Source: the human T2T-CHM13v2.0 reference genome, Homo sapiens
Assembly: GCF_009914755.1 (NCBI RefSeq)
Contig: NC_060934.1
Strand: one strand, 5' to 3'
Length of the DNA stretch: 64,000 nt
Shown here: one piece after another, positions 1 to 14,116 of the stretch
Layout: each line of letters begins with the position of its first letter
How positions within the stretch are numbered: the first letter of the stretch is position 1
The notes under the pieces: generated by a model
Told to the model about the DNA's origin: nothing
The model's input: the letters and a program-made list of their open reading frames with translations, nothing else
Databases searched by the model: none
Made by a program: the position numbers and the translations under genes

Positions 1-2032
1 CTGCTCTCAAACACCTCTATGCTCATCTTTGGCCTCCCCAAACCCACGTTTCTTTTTATTTCTCAATGTGTTTTAGTTATAGCTTCGCTTTTCTCTTTCC
101 AAACATCACCTCAGAAGCCTCATGTTTAACATTTCAAGGTATTTTGCTAAACAACGACATCTACTCTATAGCGAGATTGCTCCACCAAGTCAGTTGCAGA
201 GGTCAACAGAATACATTTGGGGAGCTGCTCCGCTGCACACTCACAGACACACAGCAGTGTTTTCCTTCGGGCTGTATTTGACTAGGCCCAGGGTGAGAAT
301 ATCATCCAAGACCCATCATACATCCCACCGGTGCCCTCATCCCTAATTCTGACACAAGGCACACTGCTGGCCCAGTCCTGGTGCAGCCTGGTGTGGCTGC
401 AAGGAAAAGCGAGCTGTTTCTCTATTTTCTGAAGCTTTTGGCTGTTTTGTGCCAAGACCTATGGTTACTTTACTTTTGGTTATCATCTTTGGAAGCCCTC
501 GGGCTCCATTTTTTTTTTTAAACGAGGCAGCTGTGAGCATCGTAATTGCAGTGATGTGCCCCAGCAACTTCCAGATTTTCTCTTTAAAATAGTTTTCTAG
601 TTATAACTCGAGTTTATCATGTCATCATCAAATCACTGAGTAGAAAATGTTACATTTGGGTGTCATCATGGATAATCACTCTGAAGAAAGAGTTTTATTC
701 TAGTAAAGACTGTGTTTAATAAAGCCTCTGGTGAACTTCAGCCTTGCCAGGCTGAGCAGCAACGGGTGACCCTGGCTGGGAGGGACTAGCTGTTGACTTT
801 CCCCACCTCTTTCTTTATGCCCTGAGCCAGGCACCCTGTGTTGCTCTGTGGCAAAGAAAAAGTGTTTCCATTTTCAATATGTGGCTTAACTGCATGCAGC
901 AGTGGAAGTTGCTGTGCCTAGCCCTGCTCGCGGGGCCACAGGCTTCTTGAGGCTGTGAGGAATATTGCTTTTCTCCTTGCACTTGAGAAGGGATGTAGAC
1001 CTGTGGGTCCCTCTCCTCCATCTTCTCCTGCTATTGTATTATTGTCTTATATTGTATTATACAATCTTCTGTCCCAGAGCACATTGCCCATTCTAGGCAT
1101 CCATTTTCCTGCCCAAAGTCCTGTTTCAGTTCATGGAGAAATTGATCACATTCACTTTTTTTGCACCCAGAATGTGAAAGTCAGAGATCTGGAGTACAAC
1201 TGCGCCCATTTGGCTGCAGAAAGCAAAATGGATCTCTGTATTTTCTACCCGATGCATCTTCATCAACATGATCCATTCTCTGATATGCACAGCACTCTAC
1301 GAGTTGCCAATTTTCACATCCATTTTTCTTATTTGATATTCACCTATTTAGTTAGAAAGTAAAAGTAGATGTAATTTCCCCCCATGTTATAGAGGGGGAA
1401 ATTAAAGAGAAGGCAGGCAAAATGCTTTTGTCAAACAAAGAAAGTGGTAGGTTTTCTGATATCTAGCCTAAACTATTTCAGATATACCAGGATGTAACAA
1501 AGAGAACATACTTGTCTGTTAGTCTATTACATGCTAAGATATCACTATTTAGGTTTAAATATATTATACAGAGATCATGGGGAGAAATTGGCCTCTGCAA
1601 CTTTGAAGATGCCAATATAGCTTCAAACAGCTCTTGAGGTATGTGAGAGCTGGCAAATGAAACTGACTGGTAGTGAGAATCACATAAAAAGTCAATCATG
1701 CAACTTGATAAATGTCACTTACAGAAAACCCATGGTACCATCTTACTGGTGAAATAATGGATGCTTTCCCTCTAAGATCAGGAACAATACCAGGATGTCT
1801 GTACTTGTCACTTCTATTTGACATTGTACGGGAGATTCTAGCAGGGTGGCAATTAGACAAGAAAAAGAAACAAAAGGGAGCCAAATCGGAAGGGAGAATT
1901 CGAACTACAATTGCAGATGCCATGATCTTGTATTTAAAAACTCCAAAGGAGTCCAGTAAGAAAGCATTAAAACTATTACAAATGAGTTCAGAAATGTTTC
2001 TGGATACAAAATCAATCTACTCACATTTATGA

Positions 2033-2357
2033 TAGTAGCCCTTCCTTATCCACAGTTTTGCTTTCTGTGGTTTCAGTTATCCAAGGTCAACTGCAGGCAG
2101 AAAATAAGTGAGTACAATCCAACAAGATATTTTGAGAGACAGAGAGACTACATTCACATAACTTTTATTACTGTATATTGTTATAATTGTTCTATTTTAT
2201 TATGTTAATTATGCTAATCTCTTACTATGCCTAATTTATAAATCAAAATTATAGGTATGTATGGAAAGGAAAAAACATAGGCTTCAGTACTATCTGTGGT
2301 TTCAGGGGTGCACTGGGGGTCTTGGAAAGTATCCCCCACAGATAAAGAGGTCTATTG
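2033..2357 (+). mobile_element. MER44A (Tigger7-derived TcMar MITE)
   Basis: Degenerate TIRs tagtagcccttccttatcc...gataaagaggtctattg; internal sequence resembles the MER44A consensus. Confidence 0.85.
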
Positions 2358-2516
2358 TGTTATTTCTGTATACTAACAATGAACAACCTGAAAGTGAAAC
2401 TAAACAATTCCATTTACAACATCATCAAAAAGAATAGCATACTTAGGAATAAATTTAACAAAAGAAGTAGCGGACTTTTACACCAAAAACTGCAAGATAT
2501 CATTGAAATACATTTA

Positions 2517-2870
<354 letters not shown>

Positions 2871-4143
2871 TTAACATTGTTAAAACGGCAATACTTCCTA
2901 CATTAATCTACAGCTCAAATGCAGCTCCTATCAAATTCCCAACCTCCTCTTTTGCAGAAATAGACACACTGGTTCTCATATTTACATAGAATTGCAAGGA
3001 GATCCTAAATAGTTAAAACAGTCTTGCAAAAGAACAAAATGTGGAGGACTCACACTTCTTAATTTAAAACTTACTACAAAGCTATGACAATTGCAACAGT
3101 GTGATACTTGGGTAAGGACAGTCAAAGAGATCAATGGGCTAGAACTGAGAATCTATAGATAAACCCTCACATTTATGACCAATTGATTTTTTATGAGAGT
3201 GTCAAGATCATTAAATGAGAACCACAAAATCTTCTCAACAAATGGTGCTGAGACAACTGGATATCCACATGCAAAAGAATGAAGTTGGACCTCTGTCTCA
3301 TACACCATATAAAAAATTAGCTCAAAATGGATCAAAGACTTAAATGAAATAACTAAGACTATAAAATTCTCATAGAAAAAAATAGGGTATATCTTCATGA
3401 CCTTGCATTTTAAGATATGACACCAAACACACACACACACACACAATCAGACAAGTTGAACTTCATCAAAATTAAAAACGTGTATCACAAGATATTATCA
3501 AGAAAATGAAAAGACAACTCACATGGGAGAAAACATTTGTATATAATATATTTGATAAGAGTCTAGTATCCAGACAAATAACCTGATTTAAAAAATAGAT
3601 GAAGGATTTAAATAGCCGTCACTCCAAAGATAAACAAATGGCCAATAAGCACGCGAGAAGATCTTCAACTTCATTAGGTAAGTGCAAATCAAAACCACTT
3701 TATGCCTACAAGGACAACTATAATAAGAAGGAGAGATAAGAACAAGTGTTGGCAAGGATGTGGAGAAACTGAAATCCTCATGCACTGTTGGTGGGAATGT
3801 AAAATGGTGTAGCTATTTTGGAAAACAATTTGGCAGTTTCTCATTAAGTTAAAGTAGGATTACCATATGATCCAGCAATTCCACTGGATGTGTAATCAAG
3901 ATAACTTAAAAATATGTCCACATAAAAACTTGTACATGAATGTTTATAGCAGAATTGTTCATAATACCCAAAAATGGAAACAACCTAAGTGTTCCATCAA
4001 CTGATAAATGGATAAACAAAATGTTATATATCCATACAATTGAATATTACTTGGCAATAAAAAGGAATGAAGTACTGATGTGTGCTATAGCACAGATGAA
4101 CCTTAAAAACATGTGAAAGAAGTGACAAAGCCAGACACAAAAG

Positions 4144-4146
<3 letters not shown>

Positions 4147-4190
<44 letters not shown>
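4147..4190. repeat. (AT)22 microsatellite
   Basis: Direct reading. Confidence 0.97.
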
Positions 4191-4192
<2 letters not shown>

Positions 4193-5239
4193 TTCATTTT
4201 ACATAAGACGTCCAGAATAGAGAAATCCGTAGAGACAGAAAATAGATCACTGGTTGCAAGGGGTGGTGGTATTTGGGGTGGTAATGGAAAGTGACTGTTA
4301 ATGCATATAGTTACTTTTTGTTGGGTGGGGGGAGATGAAAATATTCTGGAATGTTATTCCATCGATGTCATTAAAAATAAAGTATTTGTCAGTGTCACTA
4401 AACTCTACCCTGTGTAAAGGCTGAAATTTCTGCTCCCTTTCCTAAGGGGATTTGATTCTGGTTGCCTGAGGGAAGGGAAGAAATCAGATTTCAATGTGAT
4501 GACTGGATGCCATATGTATGGCAGGTGAGTTCATCATGTGGGTGAGCAGGGCTCCCGTTTATACAATGTTAGAGTCTACTTAAACTCTACCACCATAGGA
4601 GTGTGGATGTTGTTACCATTAGGATCACACAGTTGTCCCTGGGTGGACCTTCTCTTGTGGATGGCATGCTTCCCTTCTGTCACCACAAGTGAGATATGGA
4701 GTCCTAGGCCCTGAACAGGTTACCTTGATGCTGGTAACCCTAAAATCAAATACATTTTCAATAAGAGGTTCTGTGGTCATGCTAGCTTTCAGTTTCACTC
4801 AGATGATGGAGAATAAATTGTTCAGATTCAGAGGCTAAACTTTGTCATGAGTGGATATAGATTATCCTAGAAACTCAGCCCCTGAGCCTTATCCAACAGA
4901 AGCACTGGGGGGCTTCCAAGCAGAGAAAAGCAGGGCCACTCTTGCTGAATCAAGAGCAGGGGTCACAGGGCTGCCTGCCCACCTTCTAGCATAGCCCATC
5001 ATGTGCCCAGACCTCAGTTTGCCTCTGCCCTCACCATCGTGGCACCTTTGCCATGGTTTAAATCCACTTTATTAAGACTGCTTTCAGTTACTAGACTAAT
5101 TTCCATCATACCCCAAGGCAGATATTCAAGGAAGAATCCTGCCTCCTTCAAACCCTGGTGCCTTTATGAGTCATGAGGTGCATCATTCATATTAGTTAAT
5201 ACATAATAAAGCATTTACATACACATAACAGGGAATTTT

Positions 5240-5456
5240 TTAGACTTCATTTTCTGAGAGCAGTTTTAGGTTCACAGCAAAATTGAGAGAAAGGTACAGA
5301 GATTTCCTCATATATCCTCTGCTTCACACAGGCACAGCCCCCCGGCCCCCATTATCAACATCCCCCACCACAGTGGTGCATCTGTTACCACTGATGAGCC
5401 TACATTACATGCCATTATCACCAGAGTCCACAGTTTACATTAGGGTTCACTCTTGC
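5240..5456 (-). mobile_element. L1MC-type 3' end fragment
   Basis: gagcagttttaggttcacagcaaaattgag...tacattagggttcactcttg is typical of the antisense L1MC 3'UTR. Confidence 0.75.
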
Positions 5457-5479
5457 TCTAATACATTCCAGGACTGAGC

Positions 5480-5704
5480 CCACTAGCTTAGGGCTCTCTT
5501 CCTCTTTTTAGAAAGCCACCATAGCTCCATTCCCCTGATAACCTATTAATCCATTAATCCACTAATCCATGAAAGGATTAATCCAATTATGGGGGCACCC
5601 TCATGACCCTGTCACCTCTTGAAGGTCCCACCTTTCAATACTGCCACATCTGGGATGAAGTTTCAACATGAGTTTTGGAGGGGACAAACATTCAAACCCT
5701 AACA
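5480..5704 (-). mobile_element. MaLR LTR fragment (MLT1A/MST family)
   Basis: Ends tttcaacatgagttttggaggggacaaacattcaaaccctaaca, the reverse of a MaLR LTR 5' end. Confidence 0.8.
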
Positions 5705-6758
5705 GTCTTGTTATCTTACCTACTTATCTTTTACTGAATCAACCAGATTGTTTTTACTGTTATAACTTTATAATGACTCTTATCTGCTTTCCTTGTCCTT
5801 AAGCTAGTCATTTAATTTTACTGTTCTTACTTACTGTTTTACTTACTCCAGGAAAGGAGGCGGGTAGTGAGAGAAGAGTTCATAGATAGTTGGAAGCAAA
5901 GCCATGCCAAGTGCCGGAGAAGTTGTACTCATGAACAGGGAAGGTGCTGCTAAGCATTCAGAGTTCTTCAGGTCTATTTCTCAAGCTGTTGTTCCAGGCA
6001 AACTGGGTCTCCTAGGTCCAGTTGGTAGAAGACCCTACAATTTTCTGCAGCAACCACTTCTTTTCATCCAGGTCATACCTTTCCCTGGTGTAGCCCCAAA
6101 TTCTTGTACTTCTTCCAGTTTACTACTACTAATAGCTACCATTTAATAACATTAAATTATTGCCTAACTTAATCCTCTCAATAACCCTATAACTTACACA
6201 TAACCCATTCCATGGATGAGGAACCTCTGGTTTGAAGAACTTAAATGACTTTCCCAATATCGGGTTACTTGGTGGTGTAGCTGAACATCAGTCCCAGGAA
6301 GGTCTGGCTGCTCAGGCTTGCCCACCTGCTTACTTTCTCTCCCAGCTGAGGAACGGTCTCAGAGCACTGGATCAATTGTCTTGGGTATTCAGTCTGAAGA
6401 AAGAGGACTTACCTGAGGGCTTTGATTCATGGGGCAAGAGAGTGATTCTAGGGACTTTCTAGCAGAGATTTTTGTTGGGATAGGAGGTAGAGGGTGAGAA
6501 CAGTGGGTAGTAAGGCACAAGGTGGATGACAGTGGTGGTGGAAGGAAAGAGGTTGGTGAGAGGCTAAGGTAGGTGTTTCCTGTTGCTTTCCTACTGTATG
6601 GGTTGAGTAATCCCCCCAAAACTCATGTCCACTTGGAACTTCAGAATGTACTTGGAAATAGGGTCTTTCCAGTGTAATTAGTTAAGTTAAAACGAGGTCA
6701 TACTGTATTAGGTATCCTAATCCTAGCAAATTCAATGACTTGTGTCCTTACAAGAAAA

Positions 6759-7032
6759 GGCCAGATACAGTGGCTCACACCTCCCAGCACTTTGGGAAGC
6801 CAAAGCGGGAACACTGCTTGAGCTCAGGAGTTTGAGACCAGCTTGGGCAACATAGGGAGACTCTACCTCCATAAAAAATATAAAATTAGCAGGGCGTGAT
6901 GGCACAGGCCTGTGGTCCCAGCCACTCAGAAGGTTGAGGCAGGAGGATTGCTTGAGCCCTGGAGGTGGAGGCTGCAGTGAGCTGTGATCCTACCACTGTA
7001 CTCCAACTTGGGCAACAGATTGAGACCCCATA
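6759..7032 (+). mobile_element. AluJ element
   Basis: J-type diagnostics: gcttgagctcaggagttt, ggattgcttgagccc, gaggctgcagtgagctgtgatc. Confidence 0.92.
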
Positions 7033-7078
7033 AGAAAAGAAAGAAGAAAGAAAGGAAGAAAAAGAAGGAAAGAAAGAA

Positions 7079-7126
<48 letters not shown>

Positions 7127-7174
7127 AGCAAAGAAAGAAAGAAAGAAAAAGAAGGAAAGAAAGAAAAAGAAGGA

Positions 7175-7210
<36 letters not shown>

Positions 7211-7308
7211 AGGAAAGAAGGAAGGAAAGAAAAGAAAGAAAGAAAAAGAAGGAAAGAAAGAAAGAAAGAAGGAAGGAAGGAAGGAAAGAAAGAGAAAAAG
7301 AAAGAAAG

Positions 7309-7370
<62 letters not shown>

Positions 7371-7415
7371 GGGAAGTGAAAGGGAAAGGAAAGGAAAGGC
7401 AAAGGAAAAGAGAGA
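7033..7415. repeat. ~380-bp (GAAA)n/GA-rich purine tract derived from the Alu tail
   Basis: Direct reading; almost purely A/G. Confidence 0.97.
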
Positions 7416-9299
7416 ACTGAGAGACAGATACAGGGGGAAGAGGCTATGTGAGATGGAGATGGGAATTCTGTTCCCACAAGGCTGAGGAGGCTGAGGTTTG
7501 CCACAGCCACCAGCAGCTGGGTGAGGCAAGGAAGGATCCTCCCCTAGAGGCACTGGAGGGAGTGCAGCTCACCTGACACCTTCATTTCTGCCTTCTGACC
7601 TCCAGAAGTGTGAGAGCATAAACTTCTGTCATTTCAAGCCACCAAGTTTGTGGTGATTTGTTAGAATAGCCATGAGAACCTAAGAAACCTGCTGAAGAGC
7701 CAAGAGTGATGTCCCCGTTGAAATCATTGAAGTGACACCTGCAGATATCACTCATTTCCTATTCTTTTGATTACCTGGCTTGTAGAGTACTCTCTGCTTC
7801 TCAATATGTGAGACATAAATGAAACAAAACCTGCAGCTGCAGTAGCTTTCCAGTATGTTTGGTTTAGGCTGTGATAACCTTCTCTAAATGAGAAGTGCTT
7901 GGCATGTAGTAGACCAGCATATGTAAATTCATTAAATAAATGAATGAACTCAGAGGAGGTGACTATACCTGTCTGCGGAAATAAGACTATATTTTTCCTT
8001 GACACCGTTGTCTTTGGAGGACAGTCTGGTTTGCCATAGTCACAGAGAACACACAGGCATGAGAGCCAGACAAACATACAGTGAGTCACTGTGGGACTTT
8101 GAGCTGGTACCTGAGCTCCACTGAGCCTTTGTTTTCTCACCTGTGAGTGAAAGGACCACGCCTTCCTGGAAGGGTTACTGAGAGAATTAGTTGTCAGAGC
8201 ACTTGGCATATCATATGCCAAGCTATGTGATCTGAGCTGTTATAATGCTGACCTACCTCACTCCTCTTCTCCAGCAGGAGGCAAGTAATGGTAGCACTCA
8301 CAGTGGCTCTCTGGAAATATGAAATTGCATGCACGTGTTTTGTGGTGTGTGTGTGTGTTGGTACAGTGTGTGTATTTTTAGGTGTGAAGTGTGTTCATCA
8401 AACAGCTGTACTTAGATAAACGGGAAAAACCATGACACCCTAGGCAGTTTAGCTCTAGAAACATCCAAGTTTTCCAAGCAGTCTTCCTTTGAGAGTAAAG
8501 CATCAAAGAATTAAGTCACTTAGTCACACATTTTCAATCTCTGTAACATTTTCCTCATTCATCCCAGGACTGTCAACACAGCTGTTACTAGGCCTAGGTG
8601 TAGACAGCTTTCTAAACGGAGTGGTAGGTCCATTGGTTCTGGTTTAATAGACAAGGTATTAGATGTTTTCCAACTTTGGCTACTGTACTCAATAAATCAT
8701 CTTCTCTGGAGGAAATAAAAAGGAAAAAAAAAAGGAGAAGGAGAAGAGAAAAGACATCAATCTTGACTGACGACGATCCCCGGAGCTTCTCTTGCAGGGA
8801 AGGGTTTAGGAAGAGTATGTGAATGCGGTGCTGTGAATGGACACAATTAACCTGTCCTGGGATCTGTGTGTCTACTTTTCTGACACTGAGCAGTGCCCCT
8901 GGAGAACACACTCCCAAGATGCTTGTAAGAGAGCAGTGGAAAGTCTGACTGCTGAAAGCAGCAGCTCCACGTACCTTGAAAGCAGATGTTGGCAAACAAT
9001 TATTCCACAGGCCTGGTCTCCAGCCAGTTTCTTAAGCTTCACTAGATCCTATAACCAGAGCAAAGTGGCTTCAAGCTCCACTCAGCTGATGTTAAATCCA
9101 GACACATATACCAACCATTAGAAGATATTGAGTTGGTATTTTTACGGCTTCGTAAATCTATTCTTTGCCTAATGCCTTAGCCACCTTGGGTGGCTGGGAG
9201 GGGGGAAAGCAAGGAATCCCATAAACAAGGCAGCATCCCTGTTAAAACTAGATCATCTGATTCCAATCCCCATGCTCTTCCCAACATGGTGCACTGCTG

Positions 9300-9780
9300 T
9301 GGAGGTGGCAGATGTTGAAGGCCTCCCTCAATCTGGCCCCAGATTCTCTCCTTGATCTAATTTCCCATAAACCTACGCTTGCCTTCCAGGTCTCCAGCCA
9401 CACTGAGTTCCTTGTCTTTCATGGATGTACCATTAGTTAGTGCTAAGTCAATGTCTTTGCTCTTGCTGTCCCTCCCTTCTATCTAGAACATTATCTGCTT
9501 AGAATAGTTTTTGTCCCCTTGGCTGCCTGCCAAATTTCTAAATAAAGGGCAGCCACTTCTGAAAAGTTTCCTTCAGCCCACTTTTTCCTGTCTCCTGGCT
9601 CCTTGTAGCTCCCTTTCCCATAGGACTTGTCCCTGCATCTGTAATTGTTTGTTTACTTGGCTGCCTCTCTCACCAACCTGACACCTTCCCCTCTGCAGCA
9701 CCTGACTCTGAGCACTGCTGGGCTCTAGTGGCTTTTGACAGAGATTACTTAATGAATGTAGGAATTAATGAATGATCAAA
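9300..9780 (+). mobile_element. Degraded L2 3' fragment
   Basis: Pyrimidine-rich L2-like tract (tctccagccacactgagttcctt...) ending in an aatgaatg-type tail. Confidence 0.55.
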
Positions 9781-12002
9781 TCCAGTGAGAGTCCTAAAAA
9801 CCTCAAGATGAGGTGAGCTATTATTATTACATGTCACCCTCATCATTATGTATTATGCTAACTGAGCCCTGACTGAACCAGGTCTCCCTGAACCAGACTG
9901 TACACTTCTTTCTGAGAAGGCAGAAGTCCAGTTAGATTATAAACTAAGCATCAGAAATATGTAGCATTGCAGATATTAGCTAGCATGTCCAATTAACTCA
10001 TAGATCTAAGGAGGGAGTTTACTAATTCAGCTATTGGCTTAGCATGTGACCTTGGGCAAGCATCCATTCCTTAATCTTTCCACTTATAACAGACAGATAA
10101 AGACTTTGATCTTTACCTCAAGGACCAATGAGGTTGAGTGTCTGAAAGCTCTAAACGTCTTGGGGGAAATGCTTGCTACAGGACTTTTGGCCACATACTT
10201 GCATCTCACTTGGGACATAGAGGATGGTGAAGGTTGTCTCCATTCTTCTCTGCCAAGTAAGGCAGATAATCTGGATTCAATAGGTCACTGTGAGGAGGGC
10301 TGCAGTTAGATGGATAATTCTGGGTAAGGAAGAGATACCGTTGACATTTCCGTTGATGTATGTTTTCCCCAGCATGAGGTACAAAGGAAGCCCACTCCAG
10401 GTTTATAGGGCTAAATTTTGAGCACCCATCCTGCAAACCATGGGAAGTTCTATCTTCCCTCTCAGGATTCCTTCCAGTGATAAATTTGAGATGTGCTTTC
10501 TCACAGCCAGATGGTTGGTCCTGGTGACATTGCTATCTACTGCTCCACTGCTGTTGGGTGCTGAGTTTTGTCAAAGCTTCCTCATGTGAAGGGTGGAGAG
10601 GGTCCTGTACTTGGTTATGGGTTCTCTACCCCAAAGAAGCCTGGGTCCTGGGTGCTGTGTTTTTTGTAAGAGTCACATGCAGTTCCTGTAATGAGCCTTT
10701 CCCACAGTAAAACATAATAACATTTAGATCGGAGCTTCTCTCAATTCCAAAGAAGGAAGTTACTACAAATAAGCCAAGATGAGATCCTAAAAAATTGTTC
10801 AAGTAACTCACAGAAAAGTAAGAAGAGAAATACAGGAATAAGAAAGAAGAAACCAACAAAAAACAACAAAATGGCAGATGTAAGTCCTGATGTGCCAATA
10901 ATGTAAATGATCTAAGTATACCAATGATCTAAGTACACCTTAAATGTAAATGATCTAAGTACACCAATTAAAAGAAATTGACAAAGTGAATTTTAAAACA
11001 TGGTAAAAAGTATTCTGTTTGCAAGACACATAAAATGAAATGACACACAGATTTCATAGCCAGTGAGTGATCTAGGTAGGTTGAAAGTGAAAGGATGGAA
11101 GAAGATATACCATTATACATAATTTTTATAAAGTAGAAGTAGATACATTAATATCAGGTAAAGTAGACCTGAAAAGAAAGAAAAAAGTAACTAGAGATAA
11201 AAATGAGATCCCATAATGATAAAAAGATTGATCCTCTAGGAAGCCATGATAATCCTAAATATGTATCCACCAAAAAACAAAGCCTTAAAAAACATGAATA
11301 AAAAACTGATGGAACTGAAAGAAGAAATAGATAAATCCACAATTATAGTTACACACTTCAACACCCCCCACTCTCAGTAATTAGAAGAACTGAAGAACAC
11401 CAACAAACAGGAACTGCCTGGCATTTATAGAGCACTCTAGTCAATGCCAACAGAATACACATTCTTTTCAAGCATCCATGAAGCATTCACCAAGATAGAG
11501 CATATTCTGAGTCATAAAACAAGCCTCAATATATTCAAAATAATAAGAATCATACTGAATATGTTCTTTGACCATAATGTAACTAAACTAGATATCAATA
11601 ACAGAACAACAGAAAAATCTCCAACCATTTGCAAATTAAACAACAAAATTGTAAATAACCCATAAGATGATGAAGAAGTCTTAAAAGAAATAAAAAACAA
11701 ATGAAAATACAACACATCAAAATACATGAAATGCAGTTAATGTAGTGCTGAGGGGGGATTTATAGCCCTAATTTATTAGTTTAGAAAATCAGAGTAATCT
11801 CAAATTAATACTTTAAGATCCTACGTCAAGAAACTGGGAGAAAAAAAGAACAAAGTAAACCCAAAGCAAGCAGAAAGAAGAAAATAATAAACAGCAGAAA
11901 TTCACAAAATTGTAAATAGAAAAGGAATAGAAAAAAATCAATGAAGCAAAAAGCTGGTTCTTCAAAAAAAAAATATTAATACAATTAGACCTCTAGCAAG
12001 GC

Positions 12003-12367
12003 TGATATGGTTTGGCTGTGTCCCCACCCAAATCGTATCTTAAACTGTAGCTCCCATAGTCCCCACGTGTCATGGCAGAGACCTGGTGGGAGGCAATTGA
12101 ATCATGGGGGTGGGTTTTTCCTGTGCTTAGTGAATAAGTCTCACGAGCTCTGATGGTTGTATAAAGTGTAGCTCCCCTGCACATGCTCTCTTGCCTGCTG
12201 CCATGTAAGATGTACCTTTGTTTCTCCTTTACCTTCTGCCATGATTGTGAGGCCTCCCAGCCCTGTGGAACTGTGAGTCCATTAAACCTCTTTTCTTCTT
12301 TTTGTTTTTTAATAAATTACCCAGTCTCAGGTATTTCTTCATAGCAGTATGAAAATGGACTAATACA
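12003..12367 (+). mobile_element. THE1 (THE1C-like) solo LTR with 5-bp TSD AAGGC
   Basis: TGATATGGTTTGGCTGTGTCCCCACCCAAATC...GGACTAATACA; AAGGC at 11998-12002 and 12368-12372. Confidence 0.95.
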
Positions 12368-12647
12368 AAGGCTGACAAAATAAAAAATTTAAAAAACAGA
12401 GAGAGAAAAAACACACAAATAATATCAGGAATGAAATAGGGGATATAAATACAGATTCTGCAGTCATTAAAAAAGATAATAAGAAAATGCTATGAACAAC
12501 TTAATACTTATGAGTTCTTTAACTTGGAAAACTAAACCTATTCCTCAAAGATCATCAACTAGAAAAATTCAGTAAGGATGAAATAGACAACCTCAATTGT
12601 CCTATAACCATAAAAGGAGTGGAATTTGTAATTTAAAAGCTCCCAGA

Positions 12648-12940
12648 GGCTGGGCGCTGTGGCTCACACTTGTAATCTGGGCACTTTGGGAGGCCAAGGC
12701 GGGCAGATCACAAGATCAGGAGTTCGAGACCAGCCTGGCCAGCATGGTGAAACTCCGTCTTTACTAAAAATACAAAAATTAGCCAGATGTGGTGGTGGGC
12801 ACCTGTAATCCCAGCTGCTTGGGAGGCTGAGGCAGGATAATTGCTTGAACCCAGCAGGCAGAGGTTTGCAGTGAGCCAAGATCACATCACTGCACTCCAT
12901 CCTGGAGGACAAAGCGAGACTCTGTCTTGAAAAAAAAAAA
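12648..12940 (+). mobile_element. AluS (Sg-like) with TSD AAAAGCTCCCAGA
   Basis: Full dimer, polyA, direct repeat on both sides. Confidence 0.96.
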
Positions 12941-13688
12941 AGCTCCCAGAAATGTCCAGAACCAGCCAGATTCCCAGGAGAATTCTACCCTACATTTAAA
13001 GACAAATTAACATCATTTTTTCACAATTAGTTCAGAGGAGGGAGCACATCCTAATTCATTTTGTAAAGCTGGTATTGTATTGATACAAAACCAAAGACAG
13101 TACCAAAATAATAATAATAATAAAAATCTACAGACCAATACATCTCATGAACTTTGATGCAAAAATCATAAACAAAATATTCACAAAGTGAATTCTGTAA
13201 TGTATAAAAAGAATTATAAGCCATGACTAAGTGGGATTTATTTTAATTGTGCAAGGCTAGTTCAACATTTGAAAGTCAATCAGTGTAATCCACCATATAT
13301 ATCAGCAGGCTAAATAAGAAAAGCCACATGATCCTATCAATTGATGCAAAAATGCAAAAGCATTTGACAAAAAAGGAAAGTAAAATTCTCCACAGAAAAC
13401 AAGTTGTGCTGGCCTTATCCAGGTGTGCAAAGGAAGAAATGAACAATCTTTGTGCTCTGGCCTTGGAAAATAAGGAAGTGTAAACTAGGACACAGATACA
13501 GAGAAAGATGAAGATAAAGCACTTGGATTACAGGCTCAGAGAGGCTAAGTCATTTGCTTAATGTCACATTACCAGTAATTGAGAATCATATCTTTTGATG
13601 GAAAACCCATAGATATGTACACCAGAGTACCCTGGAATTATGCTCTTGATCAATGTCTTTCCAATTATATTTGTATATTCATATATAT

Positions 13689-14086
13689 TTTCTTGGTCCA
13701 TTTTCTACTGCTATAACAGAATACTACAAAGTAGTTAATTCATAAATAATAAAAGTTTATCTGGTTCATAGTTCTGAAGGCTAGGAAGTCCAAGATCAAG
13801 GGGCCACATCTGATGAGGACCTTCATGTTGTGTCATCCCATGGTGGAAGGGGTCACATGACTAGAGAGCACACACAAGGGAAAAAATCTGGGCCAAACTC
13901 ATCCTTTTATCAAAAGCCCACTCCTGCCACAACTAGCCCACTCTTATGATAATAGCATTAATTCATTCATGAGGGCAGAGCCATCAGGTCCTAATCACCT
14001 TTTAAAGACCCCACCTCTTAATACTGTTGCAATGGCAATTAAGTTTTCAACACATGAAATTTTAGGGACATATTCAAACCATGGCA
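13689..14086 (-). mobile_element. MST-family MaLR solo LTR
   Basis: ctgctataacagaatac...ggaagtccaagatcaag...catattcaaaccatggca. Confidence 0.85.
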
Positions 14087-14116
14087 TATAGATATAGATA
14101 GATACAGATATTGATA

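Larger units (their letters stand above)
6595..7686 (+). mobile_element. MLT1C/B-type MaLR solo LTR split by an AluJ and its expanded tail
   Basis: 5' part tgtatgggttga...ggaaatagggtcttt. 3' part gacaccttcatttctgccttctgacctccagaagtgtgaga...tttgtggtgatttgtta. Confidence 0.8.
10740..13380 (+). mobile_element. Old L1M remnant (ORF2 endonuclease to linker), hosting THE1 and Alu insertions
   Basis: ORF 11444..11665 EYTFFSSIHEAFTKIEHILSHKTSL...FFDHN matches L1 endonuclease motifs; later ctacagaccaatacatctcatgaac..gatgcaaaaatc. Confidence 0.92.

Noticed and set aside
6886-7553. Long K/E/R-rich and F/L/S-rich ORFs (131-194 aa), superficially like the gamma basic tail
   Set aside because: Translations of the stop-free GAAA repeat and flanking Alu; no gene structure.
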